Assembly (NCBI GenBank): GCA_013816505.1
Contig: JACDEG010000001.1
Coordinates: 1 to 55,871 of the forward strand
From: Pyrinomonadaceae bacterium
GTDB taxonomy: Bacteria > Acidobacteriota > Blastocatellia > Pyrinomonadales > Pyrinomonadaceae
Direction of reading: 5' to 3'
DNA: 55,871 bases
A model generated the notes under the pieces. That model was not told where the DNA came from. It worked only from the letters and a program-made list of their open reading frames with translations, and did no database searches. Positions 45,312 through 55,800 of the stretch are shown here, in pieces. The position numbers were made by a program, and so were the translations under genes. The stretch's first letter is position 1, and each line of letters starts with the position of its first letter.

Positions 45312-46052
45312 ATGATTAAGATTAATTTGCTGGACTCAGTCACCGACAGAACTTCCCACGGGGTGGTCGAGGCAAGGGTCACTAACCCGCAGAATCGCAT
45401 GTTGATGCTGGCCGTCGCGGTCGGCGCACTGTTAGCGGTCGGGATCGCCTTCGACTGGTTCAGCGCGAACTCCGCGCATGCCGCGGCGTTGGCCGAGCTG
45501 CAGCGGCAGGAGCAGATCAAGGCGCAGATGGAGGCCGTCAATAAAGAGCAGGCCGAACTCGAAAAGAAGATCAAAGACATCCAGGCGCGCATCGACGCGA
45601 TCAAGAAACTGCGCGCCTCGCAGCAAGGTCCGGTCGCCGTGCTGTCGGCGGTTAATGAGCGGTTGCCGGCCATCGCCAATTTCCGCCTCGATACCATCGA
45701 GCAGAAGAGCGGCGAACTTATCATCGACGGTAACTCGCCGAACGAGGCCGCCGTGACGCAGTTCGGTCGCAGCCTTGAATTTTCTTCGGGGCTTTTTTCG
45801 AACGTCAATATTGAGCTTGTGCGCAAACCGATGGATGTTAACCCGGCGGATTATCCCGTCGGGGCTGATGCCACCGCGCCGAAGCCGGAGACAGTGACGT
45901 TTAAGATCAGGTGCAAGTACACCGAGCCGGGCGCGAACCTGCCCGCCAGCGCCCCGGTAGCGGCGGCGACTGTTGGTCCGGCGACCGGCGCCCAGCCGCG
46001 TGCGGGTGCAAGCGCCGCGACCACGCCCGCAAGCCAGGTCGCCCGAAACTAA
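45312..46052 (+). CDS. pilN: PilN (fimbrial assembly) with Ala/Pro-rich C-terminal extension
   Basis: MIKINLL is the N-terminus. A single TM helix, a coiled coil (ELQRQEQIKAQMEAVNKEQAELEKKIKDIQARIDAIKKL) and the position after pilM support the call. Confidence 0.8.
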   Translation: MIKINLLDSVTDRTSHGVVEARVTNPQNRMLMLAVAVGALLAVGIAFDWFSANSAHAAALAELQRQEQIKAQMEAVNKEQAELEKKIKDIQARIDAIKKLRASQQGPVAVLSAVNERLPAIANFRLDTIEQKSGELIIDGNSPNEAAVTQFGRSLEFSSGLFSNVNIELVRKPMDVNPADYPVGADATAPKPETVTFKIRCKYTEPGANLPASAPVAAATVGPATGAQPRAGASAATTPASQVARN

Positions 46053-46065
46053 TCACTAAGGGCGG

Positions 46066-46734
46066 GTGACGACCGACGCCTCAAGGAATCTTTACGACAT
46101 GCTGAAACTCAACACGTTGCAGGAAAAGCCGTGGCACATCCAACTGGCTGTCTTCGGCGCCGTCGCGCTGGTGCTCTACGCCGGCTTCTGGTATCTGGTG
46201 ACGAAGGACACACGCGCGCAGACGCGCGAGACCGATGAGAAAGTCGCCGAACTGGTACAGGCCAACGCCCGCGCTCAGATCGCTTCGCAGCGCCTTAGCG
46301 AATTTAGGGTCGCGCACGCCCGCGCCCAGCTGGACTACGAAGAGGTCAAGGTGTTGCTGCCGGAGCAACGCGAGTTGACGATTGTTCTGCAGGGGCTGCA
46401 GGACCGTGCGCGCGGTCAACTCTCTTTGCGGCGCTTCTCACCCAAGGAGGACATCCAGCAGGACTACTACTCCGGGAAGCCAATCGAGGTCGAGGTCAGC
46501 GGCTCTTATAATAATCTCGGCGTGTTCTTCGCTCAGATGGCGGCCTACCAGCGGATCGTCTCGATCTCCGACTTCAAGATCAGACAGTCTCCTGACCAAC
46601 GCACGGGAAAATCCATCGACAGTCAGTTCATCCTGACGGCTTACTACGCTTCACCGGAAAAATTGGTGAGTGCTGCCAAACCGGCGACGACAACTCCGGC
46701 CACCGCCGCGACTCCGGCGGGCGCCAAGCCGTAA
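46066..46734 (+). CDS. pilO: PilO
   Basis: It has a TM helix (IQLAVFGAVALVLYAGFWYL), a coiled coil, and a C-terminal ferredoxin-like segment (IEVEVSGSYNNLGVFFAQMAAYQRIVSISDFKI). An alternative start is ATG 46099. Confidence 0.8.
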   Translation: MTTDASRNLYDMLKLNTLQEKPWHIQLAVFGAVALVLYAGFWYLVTKDTRAQTRETDEKVAELVQANARAQIASQRLSEFRVAHARAQLDYEEVKVLLPEQRELTIVLQGLQDRARGQLSLRRFSPKEDIQQDYYSGKPIEVEVSGSYNNLGVFFAQMAAYQRIVSISDFKIRQSPDQRTGKSIDSQFILTAYYASPEKLVSAAKPATTTPATAATPAGAKP

Positions 46735-46887
46735 CCCCGGCGGGCGGTGGTGCCGCCCCGTGTGGCGTCTGGTGCGACCTGTTTTTGAAAGTCTCTTGAT
46801 AACAACCTCCGGCCCGAAATCCACTGGCCACTGATCAATCCGTCGATGGCACCAGGGGTGCACGACGAGGCGCGGGAAAGGACAACG

Positions 46888-47526
46888 ATGAGATACGAAA
46901 AGTTTGCGCGTTCCATGATGCTTGGTTGCGTTGCTCTGTGTGCCGTCGGCTTCGGCGGTGCCGGCACGGCGGCGCGGGCGCAAGAGGCGAGCACTTCCTA
47001 CCAAGGCACTCAGCGTGACCCGTTCATGAAGTACCGGCCTCCGGTCAAACGCAAGGCCGTCAAGAAATCCCTGGTGCCGGTGCAACTTCCGGCCCCGAGC
47101 ATCCAGGAGCGCATCGCACAGTTCAAAGCTCAAAAGGCGGCGGCGATGAGCGCGCAGCGGGTCGCACCGAAGCCAACGACCGCATTGCTGTTGGAAGAAC
47201 TGCAAGTGATCGGTATCTTTCGCACCCCGCGCGGCCCCGCAGCGATGGTCGAAGCGACGCCGATCAAACTCTCCTACGTAGTCTATCCGGGCGAATCTTT
47301 CTTCAACGGACTGCTCGTCGCGATTGAAGAGAACCGCTTAGTGTTTCGCCGCGAGACGAAGTGGAGCAACGGACGCCTCGAAATCTCAGTTGAGAATAAG
47401 CCTCTGCGCCTGCCCGGCGCGGTCGAAAACTCTCTGACATCAAACAACTCCGCCGCGGCGAAGGCCGCTTCGTCCCAGACGATCAAGGGTCGGGAAGATA
47501 CTGTGCCCGTCACAGACAAACAGTGA
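46888..47526 (+). CDS. pilP: PilP-like pilus assembly protein
   Basis: A signal or lipoprotein-like N-terminus is present. The C-terminal beta-domain is LQVIGIFRTPRGPAAMVEATPIKLSYVVYPGESFFNGLLVAIEENRLVF. Confidence 0.65.
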   Translation: MRYEKFARSMMLGCVALCAVGFGGAGTAARAQEASTSYQGTQRDPFMKYRPPVKRKAVKKSLVPVQLPAPSIQERIAQFKAQKAAAMSAQRVAPKPTTALLLEELQVIGIFRTPRGPAAMVEATPIKLSYVVYPGESFFNGLLVAIEENRLVFRRETKWSNGRLEISVENKPLRLPGAVENSLTSNNSAAAKAASSQTIKGREDTVPVTDKQ

Positions 47527-47784
47527 TTCTGCTTTTCACGGCGGGACGGGTGAGCCGGAAGTCCGGACCTTAACCGCCGCCCCCTCACGACACGCCTGTT
47601 CAGTCGCGCCGAGTCACAAACTCGCTCGGCACGAGTCATCGCAAACATTAAGAGTCGTTTCGTTAATCAGGCCGGGCTGACCCGTGTTGTGCGGCGCGCG
47701 CACTCAATGAGCACTCGATTCCGAGCGGCTCTGACGAGCGTGGGCGCGTGGCGGGTGAGGCCGGCGAATCTGCAAAGGAAAAAT

Positions 47785-49659
47785 ATGACCTACCACCAAC
47801 ATTCACTCTCAGCGGTTACCAGCAGAGGCTCGCTCGTTCTCTTGCTCGTGTGTTCGCTGATTACGTTTGCTGACGCGGCCCGCGCGAACACGCCGTCCGC
47901 GATTGGAACCCAGACCCCGACGCAGCGCGTTCAACCGTCGCCGTCTCCGCGCAATCAGCAGACGCCCGCCACCCGCCCGACGCCTCCCAACCCAGGCGTC
48001 ACCACCACCACTTCCACCGCTACGCCGCCCGCCGCCACGCAGTCGAGCCAGGGTCAGCAGTACGGCCAGCCCGGATTCATCGGCGAGCCGACCAACCTGA
48101 ACGTCGTTAATGCCGACATCCGCGACATCCTCAATTACATCACCGAACAGTACGGCGTGAACTTCATCATCGATTCGTCGGTCAAGGCCGTCCCGGTAAC
48201 GGTCAACGTCACGGAAGTTCCATGGAACATCGCGCTCGACTCGATCCTGAGGGCTAACCGCCTGGGAGTCGAAGTCACGGGAAGCATTCTGCGCGTCGCG
48301 ACGATAGATGTGATTGTGAGCGAAGCGGCGTCGCAGCAAATCATCAGGAACTCGCAGTTGGACGCCTCGCCGCTAGTCACGGAGTTCATCCGCCTCAACT
48401 ATGCGCGCGCCTCCGGCACACTCGAACAGACCGCCGGATCAAACGGCGGCTTCTCTGGCGGCGTCGTCAACTCGCCCGTGCTGATCGCCGGTCGGCTGAC
48501 CGAAGTGGCATCCGTGAGCCGCGCCACAAGCGGCCGCGGTGCTGACGAAGGTATCCTGCCGATCATCCAGCGCCGCCTGTCGCGACGCGGCGGCATCGAG
48601 GTCGACGGTCGCAGCAACACCCTGATTATCACCGACGTGCGCGAGAACATCGTGGCGATCAAGCAACTCGTGTCGCTGCTCGATCAGCCGGAGCCGCAGG
48701 TCGAGATCGAGACGCGCATCGTCATCGCCAACCGCAACTTCAGCCGCGACCTCGGCGTGCAGCTTTCCGCCGCGGTATTCGGCACCACCGCCGCCGGCTC
48801 GTTCGCCACATTGCCGAACTCAAGTTCCAACACCACCGGGTTACAGCCTGGCGGCGTGCCGGTCGGCTTGTCCGGTATTTCGCAGCCGACATCATCGCTC
48901 GGCGCGAACCTTCCGAGCACCGTGATCGGATTGACCACCGGCATCTTCGGCACCGCCCAGATCAGCGCGGCAATCACCGCCGCCGAAAGTAAAGGCCAGG
49001 CCAAGATCGTCGCCACCCCCCGTGTCACCGCGCTCAACAACCGTACGGCGCAGATCGAAGCCGGCCAGCAGATTCCGGTGGTCACGCCGCAGGTCGGGGG
49101 AGCAGGCGGCGCCGTCATCTTCACGACGACTTACGTCTCCGTCCCACTGCGCCTCTCGGTCACGCCGCAGATTACCGACGCCGGCACCGTCATCCTGCGC
49201 GTCACCGCTGAGAACAACAGCATCAACACCGCGATTGCCGTGGCCGGCACGCCCGGCATCGACACTCAGCGGATGCAGACCGAAGTGCTTGTGCCGGATG
49301 GCGGAACGACCGTGGTCGGCGGTGTGCTGGCCGACAACGAAACTGAACTGCGCAACCGCACGCCTGGATTGGGCAGCCTGCCGGTGATTGGCAACTTGTT
49401 CAAGCGCCGTGCGACCTCGCGTCAGACCAACGAGATTCTGTTCTTCATCACGCCGCGCATCTACCGCCCGGACTACAACGGCAACCAGACAACCGGCGCG
49501 GTCAGCACCAGCAATCGTACGTACTCAATCGCGCAGCCGGTACCACTCGGCAACCCGCAGAGCAATTCGGGTCCGCAATCACAATCGCAGCAGAACAATC
49601 AGCAGTCCCCCGACCGTTCGGCACCGTCATTACCGAATGGCTCTGACGCGCGCCCCTAA
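47785..49659 (+). CDS. pilQ: Type IV pilus secretin PilQ
   Basis: A signal peptide and a Pro/Thr/Gln-rich linker precede the N0-type domain (VVNADIRDILNYITEQYGVNFIIDSSV). The secretin domain is ATPRVTALNNRTAQIEAGQQIPV...LGSLPVIGNLFKRRATSRQTNEILFFITPRI. Confidence 0.9.
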   Translation: MTYHQHSLSAVTSRGSLVLLLVCSLITFADAARANTPSAIGTQTPTQRVQPSPSPRNQQTPATRPTPPNPGVTTTTSTATPPAATQSSQGQQYGQPGFIGEPTNLNVVNADIRDILNYITEQYGVNFIIDSSVKAVPVTVNVTEVPWNIALDSILRANRLGVEVTGSILRVATIDVIVSEAASQQIIRNSQLDASPLVTEFIRLNYARASGTLEQTAGSNGGFSGGVVNSPVLIAGRLTEVASVSRATSGRGADEGILPIIQRRLSRRGGIEVDGRSNTLIITDVRENIVAIKQLVSLLDQPEPQVEIETRIVIANRNFSRDLGVQLSAAVFGTTAAGSFATLPNSSSNTTGLQPGGVPVGLSGISQPTSSLGANLPSTVIGLTTGIFGTAQISAAITAAESKGQAKIVATPRVTALNNRTAQIEAGQQIPVVTPQVGGAGGAVIFTTTYVSVPLRLSVTPQITDAGTVILRVTAENNSINTAIAVAGTPGIDTQRMQTEVLVPDGGTTVVGGVLADNETELRNRTPGLGSLPVIGNLFKRRATSRQTNEILFFITPRIYRPDYNGNQTTGAVSTSNRTYSIAQPVPLGNPQSNSGPQSQSQQNNQQSPDRSAPSLPNGSDARP

Positions 49660-49699
49660 TGAACGGCCATGATCCAGGAAAATCGTGATAGGAGAGACC

Positions 49700-50071
49700 A
49701 TGAATGATTTTAAGAAAGTGCTTGGAAATATTCTTGAAAGCACTGAGGGCGCTATCGGCGTGATGCTGATGGGGACGGACGGCATCTCCGTCGAGAAGGT
49801 GACACTGCCGGGGACCGGCGAGGACAACCTTGACATCGCTGCCACTGAAATGACCTCACTCGTCCGTAACGCCCAGCGCACGGGTCACAATGTCGGGTTC
49901 GGCTCCTTACGCGAACTCGTCGTGTGCTTGCAAAACGCCACTTTCGTGATACGGCAAATGAGCAACGAATACTTTATCGTCCTCGCGCTTGACTCGGAGG
50001 GCAACATCGGTCGCGGTCGCTTCGAGTTACGCAAGGCGGAACTTGATCTATCGCGGGAGTTCGCGCTGTGA
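49700..50071 (+). CDS. Roadblock/LC7 (MglB-like) domain protein
   Basis: GAIGVMLMGTDGISVEKV...ATEMTSLVRNA...LRELVVCLQNATFVIRQMSNEYFIVLALDSEGNIGRGRFELRK follows the roadblock/LC7 pattern. GGAGAG lies before ATG 49700. Confidence 0.7.
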   Translation: MNDFKKVLGNILESTEGAIGVMLMGTDGISVEKVTLPGTGEDNLDIAATEMTSLVRNAQRTGHNVGFGSLRELVVCLQNATFVIRQMSNEYFIVLALDSEGNIGRGRFELRKAELDLSREFAL

Positions 50072-50081
50072 CTTTCTGACG

Positions 50082-50348
50082 ATGCGCTCTCCGATTGAGA
50101 AAAGAGAAGGGCGGTTCTCACAACTGTCACTCAAAGTGACAATCGAGCAGCGGCGACGCCGGCGAGTTTCAACCTCGCCAAGCGTGCCGCTGTTGTCGCG
50201 TAAAGAGTTAGCCGGAGTTGACGAACTCTTTGGTGATGCGGAACAGGCATTGCACAACTCAACGCTTGCGGAAGCCGGTTCCGACCCGGTGATCACCCCA
50301 GCGGATGTCTTGGTCCGCCGAGAGAAGACGAACAATGAGAAAACCTGA
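50082..50348 (+). CDS. Possible small ORF (88 aa) between roadblock gene and minor pilin genes
   Basis: The open frame runs from ATG 50082 and overlaps the next gene start by 14 nt. I recognise no family. The composition is basic then acidic. Confidence 0.3.
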   Translation: MRSPIEKREGRFSQLSLKVTIEQRRRRRVSTSPSVPLLSRKELAGVDELFGDAEQALHNSTLAEAGSDPVITPADVLVRREKTNNEKT

Positions 50349-51036
50349 AATCAGAAATCGAACGGCACAGGCGGGTTTTACGCTTGTTGAATTGCTCATC
50401 GTCATAGCCGTGATCGGCATCCTCAGTGTGATCGCGGTGCCGCAATTGATGTCGGCGCGCCGGGCATTCCGCGCCGCCGGCATGTCGCGCGAAATCGCAT
50501 CGCAGTTGCGTTACGCACGACAGTTGGCGATGTCGGAACGCAGGGCCATCACATTCCGGTATGACGACACGCTGAAACAAATCTCGATCATCCGGCACAC
50601 GCTGGTGTACGCGGGGCCTGACGGAATCTTAGGCGGGGCGGGAGCGACGGATGACACACGGGTGGGAGTTTCCGTGTTGACTGATCCTAATTACCCGTTG
50701 ACGACCGGCTTCGTGCAAGTCAAAACAATCGACCTTGCTTCAAGCGCCACCCCGGCGACGGACATCGTCTACGGTAAACCCACGGATGCTTCGACGGCGG
50801 CCCTCAGCGACGGCACCAACCTGCCCGCCGCGATCCCGACCATGGTCAACATTACGTTCCAACCGACCGGCGCGGTCATCAACGGCGCCGGCGCGACCGT
50901 CGACAACGCGCTCTTTTTCTACAACACGAAAAGCCCGAAGAACACCGCGACGGCAATCTCCGTGCTCGGCTCCGCCGGGCGGGTCGCCATTTGGAGATAC
51001 AACGGCAGTGTCGATCCGGGCATATACGTCGAATAG
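50335..51036 (+). CDS. Type IV minor pilin, FimT/GspH-like
   Basis: The prepilin N-methylation motif is AQAGFTLVELLIVIAVIGILSVIAVPQL. Confidence 0.75.
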   Translation: MRKPEIRNRTAQAGFTLVELLIVIAVIGILSVIAVPQLMSARRAFRAAGMSREIASQLRYARQLAMSERRAITFRYDDTLKQISIIRHTLVYAGPDGILGGAGATDDTRVGVSVLTDPNYPLTTGFVQVKTIDLASSATPATDIVYGKPTDASTAALSDGTNLPAAIPTMVNITFQPTGAVINGAGATVDNALFFYNTKSPKNTATAISVLGSAGRVAIWRYNGSVDPGIYVE

Positions 51037-51046
51037 CGAGTCACAC

Positions 51047-51589
51047 ATGAAAAACTCAAACACTTCTCATCAATCCGGTTTCACGCTGATCGAAGCGGTG
51101 GTATCGATACTGATTCTGACAATCGGTTTGCTCGCGATGGCGAGTGCGATTTCCTACGCCGTGATGGCGCGGAGCCGATCTCGCAACTCGACGGAAGCGA
51201 AACTGCTCATCGTCTCGACGCTCGAGCATCTCGAAAGCCTGCGCAACACGAAGCACCTCACCTTCGGGCAGATTGCGAACGTCGGCGGCGTCAATCCCGA
51301 CGGCAAGGTGGTGGACTTCTTGGGCTTTTCGGCTGCGTTCTTAACGGTTTCGAACGACCCGGGGCCTGATGGGATTTACGGCACTACCGACGATCTCGCG
51401 ACCGCGCTCAGGCCCAGAATCGAACGGAAGATTTTGATCGAGCCGCTGCCCGCCAACGCGGCCATCGCGAACGTGAGTTTAAAGAAGATCACGGTCACAA
51501 TCCGCTACCCGGCCCCGAACGGCGGCACGCAGGAACTGGCCGGCATCGGATACCTGAACAACGACTCGCGCAGCAACTTTATTAAATAG
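51047..51589 (+). CDS. Type IV minor pilin, PilV-like
   Basis: The prepilin-type N-terminus is HQSGFTLIEAVVSILILTIGLLAMASA. ATG 51047 lies within the longer ORF 50735..51589. Confidence 0.7.
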   Translation: MKNSNTSHQSGFTLIEAVVSILILTIGLLAMASAISYAVMARSRSRNSTEAKLLIVSTLEHLESLRNTKHLTFGQIANVGGVNPDGKVVDFLGFSAAFLTVSNDPGPDGIYGTTDDLATALRPRIERKILIEPLPANAAIANVSLKKITVTIRYPAPNGGTQELAGIGYLNNDSRSNFIK

Positions 51590-51627
51590 CTGAGATTTGC
51601 GCCCACTTCACGCCCGGAGTAACACAC

Positions 51628-52758
51628 ATGCAATCGCCGAAAGAAACAAAGAACCAGCGCGGATTTTCACTGCTTGAGTTGTTGGTCACGATGGGAGTGA
51701 TGCTCGTCATCATGGCGGCGGTCTTTTCGCTGATGGGCAGCGCGCTGAAGACCAGTACCGTCGCCTACGAGCTGACGAACGCGCAGCAGAGTGTGCGCAC
51801 CGCGCATGAGTTTTTCAACCGCGACCTGACGGTGGCGGGCGACGGCCTGCTCGGCATCAGCGACAACGGGATTCAGGTCCGCCTGCCATTCGCGCAGCGG
51901 TTGATGCAGAACCCGTATCAACCAACAATTGCGGAGGGAGGGTTCGATAGCACCAGCTTCGCGGTGCTATCGATTGTCAACTCCGATAACGAAGTGGCCG
52001 CCGGGGTGGTTGAACCGGCGAATAGCGGCGCCACCGTGCCGGCTCGCACTGTACGCAGCGCACCTAATGCTACCGACCGAATGACGATGGTGACCATTGA
52101 CCCGGACGGCGCCTTCACCCCGATCTCGCCGATCCCGCCGGCCAGCGTATCTGCCGATGGCACCACCGTGACCGTCACCATTGCGCAATCGGGCCAATGC
52201 ACAGCGGGTGACATTCTCTTCATCTCGAACGGCGACCTCGCCACGTTTGGGACTGTCACCGGCGGATGTGGCGCGACCGGCACGATTGTCTTCGCAAACG
52301 ACGCATACGAACTGAACACGCTGAGCACCGGCACCACCCCGGGAAGGGCGCTCGCTAAACTCGCCGCGCTCGGATCGCCGCTCATCATCAGCCGGATGCT
52401 GATCCACCACTATTTCGTTGATACGGATGGCCTGCTCCGGCGGCGTACATACGGCGTCGGCGGCGGCGTCGGGTTCACCGACAGTGTCATCGCCGAGCGC
52501 GTCACGAGATTCCAGGTTCGCTACCGCTTGTTCGGGTTTGACTCGGCCTTCAACCTGCTTTACGCGGGTCTCCAAAACGACCTCTCGTATGTGGCTGTGG
52601 CGCCGGCGATTCCGAATCTGCCAAGTGCTGTCCGCGAAGTGGAAACGGCGGTGACAATCGAAACCGCGCACGCCGTCGTCAACAATCAGCGCAGTAGTGT
52701 CAACGCGACTGCGACGACGAGCGTCCGCAATCTCGAATTCCGTAACAACGCTCAATAG
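51628..52758 (+). CDS. Type IV minor pilin, PilW-like
   Basis: The prepilin-type N-terminus is QRGFSLLELLVTMGVMLVIMAAVFSL. Size and position match pilW in fimT-pilVWX clusters. Confidence 0.7.
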   Translation: MQSPKETKNQRGFSLLELLVTMGVMLVIMAAVFSLMGSALKTSTVAYELTNAQQSVRTAHEFFNRDLTVAGDGLLGISDNGIQVRLPFAQRLMQNPYQPTIAEGGFDSTSFAVLSIVNSDNEVAAGVVEPANSGATVPARTVRSAPNATDRMTMVTIDPDGAFTPISPIPPASVSADGTTVTVTIAQSGQCTAGDILFISNGDLATFGTVTGGCGATGTIVFANDAYELNTLSTGTTPGRALAKLAALGSPLIISRMLIHHYFVDTDGLLRRRTYGVGGGVGFTDSVIAERVTRFQVRYRLFGFDSAFNLLYAGLQNDLSYVAVAPAIPNLPSAVREVETAVTIETAHAVVNNQRSSVNATATTSVRNLEFRNNAQ

Positions 52759-52823
52759 AGCGTCAACGACCCCCAATCGGTCTCAGGGTTTTAATAATCA
52801 ATTTATTGAAGGAGAAGTTTGTT

Positions 52824-55800
52824 ATGTTTTCCGAAAAGTTCAATCAAACTGCCGAGCGATCCTCATTGTCGGCGGAGCGCACCGGAGAGCGCGGCGCGGC
52901 GCTGGTGACGGCACTGGTGATTATGGCGTTGATGATGACTATCTCAGCCTCGGTGCTGACGGTGGTCACGACCGAAGCCAACATCACCGGGAGTGATTTA
53001 AAGCGCACGCAGGCGTTCTACGCCACGCAAGCGAGCATTGAGCAGATGACAAACGGCTTCAGTTCGCTGTTCTCGTTGACGGCGCGCCCGACGACCGCGG
53101 CCCTTCAAGAGATTGCCGACACTTTCCCAGCCGAGTTGATCAGCGAAGGCTTCACCTTTCAGCAGACATTAGTCAAAGATGAAGCGCGGCTCACAAAGAT
53201 GCGGTCTGACATGGGACTGGCTATCGATGCGACCCCGACGACGAATATCACGACCGGACCGTTCGCCGGACTCTTCGGCAGCATCACCCCTTACAAGCTG
53301 GCGTCGACCGCGACCAACTCACAGGGCTATGCGGAAGTTACGCTCGAGCGCGAAATTAACAACTTCCTGATCCCGCTCTTTCAATTCGGTATGTTCACCG
53401 ACGGCGACATGGAGATTCACCCCGGCCCGGCGTTCTACTTCAATGGCCGCGTTCATGCCAACGGGAATTTCTACATCAGCGGACCGGAAACTGGGACCAA
53501 CTTTGTTAACTTTCTGGGCAAGGTGACGATTGGCCGCGAGGCCGTGTATAACGTGATGCGGAACGGACAACCCAGAACAGGAAATGTCAAAGTGTGGGTC
53601 GGAGCGACCGGCGTCACTCTTAATCAGGGCAGCTTCACCGACGGGCCGCATAAGTCGGGCTCGACGGCGACTTCGCCGAATTACTTCCCGGATTCGCCGA
53701 CCGGCACGAAGACGACGGCCATCAATTGGGAAACGCAGACGGTGCAAGCTCCGAGCGGGGCCACGCCGACCAATAAGTTCAACCGGCAACTGCTGACCCG
53801 CACGACCGGCGCGGTGCCGCTGCTGCTGCCGTTCCAACTCGATGGCGCCCCGACGCGAGAGATCATCAAGCGCGCGATAACAACTGACACGCAATCGCTC
53901 AGCGAGTCGCGCTACCATAACAAGGCGCAGATTCGCATCCTGATTGATGATGCGCCATCGCTCGCCACCGGCTGGCCGTCACTCACCGCCGGTGTCAATC
54001 TGGCTGCCTTCGTCCCCACCCGGCTCGGCGCGAACGTCTTGCGCCGTCACGACGACAGCGGCAACGTGGTTGGGGTCACAGTCAAACAAGGGACTGGCTC
54101 AGTGAACGCGAACGCGGTGCGCGGGGGGTTATTAGGAGATGCTACAGCTCCGGCGATTCCGACGGGAGCGCCGCTGACGGGAAGAATTCTTATCCAACTC
54201 GTGCAAGAGAATGGGACGGCGGTCGATGTCACGCAGAGGATACTGAGCATGGGTATCACCGAGGGCGAGCCGAACGGCATCGTCTACTTGCAGCGGCCGA
54301 TGTGGGCGGCGTTCATGCAGGGGAGCCGTGACCGCGACACGCTCGGCGGTCCATATAACCTGGCAAGTTTGACCGACACGACGAATTACGTTGCCGACGG
54401 TGAAGTTTCCACCACCACGCCCCCGACGATACACTCGACCAAAGGTTACCTCAACACCGGGATTGACGACGACACGAGCGGGCTGGAGCGCCGCGGCGAT
54501 GCACCGCCAGCGATCACTGATCCCTCGAATTGGTGGAACAGCATCGTCCCGATCAACGTCTACAATGTGCGCGAGGGGTTGATTCACAGCCGCCTGAACA
54601 GTAATCAAATCTACGAGCGTGGAATCACGAGCGTGGTCGAGATCAATATGAAGAATCTGGCCCGCTGGGTCGGCGGTGTCTATGACAGCACGCTGCTCGC
54701 CGGCTCCGCGCCCGACGCCCGCGCCTCTAACATCAAGAGGGGCGACGGCTACATCCTCTACGTCTCGGATCGCCGGGGCGACAGCGTGCCCGTCGGCGGA
54801 ACCACGAACGGCATCGTCGACAACGAAGACATCTACATCTTCCCGTCGACCTCGACCACCGGGAGCAGCGCCGATGCATCAACCGGCACACTCGATCCGG
54901 GCGAGGATGTCAACGGTGACGGTCTGTTATCAAGCAACATCCTCGAGTTGCCATACCCGTTCCCGTATATAACCACCGATGTAAACGTCATCACTGATTT
55001 TACCCCCACTTTCACCCCTACCGTCGCTGCTCCCTGGACATGGGGGGTCGCTACCGCTGAGAGGCTCAACCGGGCGAAGAAGGTTCTGAGTCACAACGTC
55101 AGGTACTTCCGCCGCGCCGTTCGCCTTTTTAACGGGGAGAGGATTCAGGCCGGGGCCGCGACCGCGACCAGCAACCTCTCGATCAACCGGGGTATCAGCG
55201 TCACCACCGAAAACATGGTCTACATCTGGGGCAACTTCAACACGACCGGCATCACCTGCCAGCCGGCCAATGGATCGACGCTCAATCAGTTAACCGCGAC
55301 TAACCCGACGACCACGCTGATGCCCTGCCGCTATAAAGGCGACCAGGTTCCGTCCTCGATTGTCAGCGATGCGTTCTTCCCACTCTCGAAGACGTGGGCC
55401 GACAGCTTGAGCGCGATGTACCCGCAAGGCGGGCGCCCGGCTGACGATATGTTGCCGGCGGATCCGGGCGCGCCACTGCCTAATTACGAAACGGCGGTGC
55501 GCGCCGGGATCATCGCCGGCAACAACAAGTCGGCGATCAAGGTCGGCTACAGCATGACCGGAAACACCAGCCTCGACGCAGGCAACGGTACCGAGTCACG
55601 TCTCAACGGCGGGATGCACAACTATCCGCGCTTCCTGGAGGGTTGGAGCCAGCGATGGAATCTGGTTGGTGCGCTGATCCCGCTCTACAACTCGACACAG
55701 GCGGTCGGGCCATACAGGGCGGTCGGAGAAATCTACGGCGCCCCGATTCGCAATTGGTCGTTTGACGACACGTTCAAAGACCCGAACCGTCTGCCACCGG

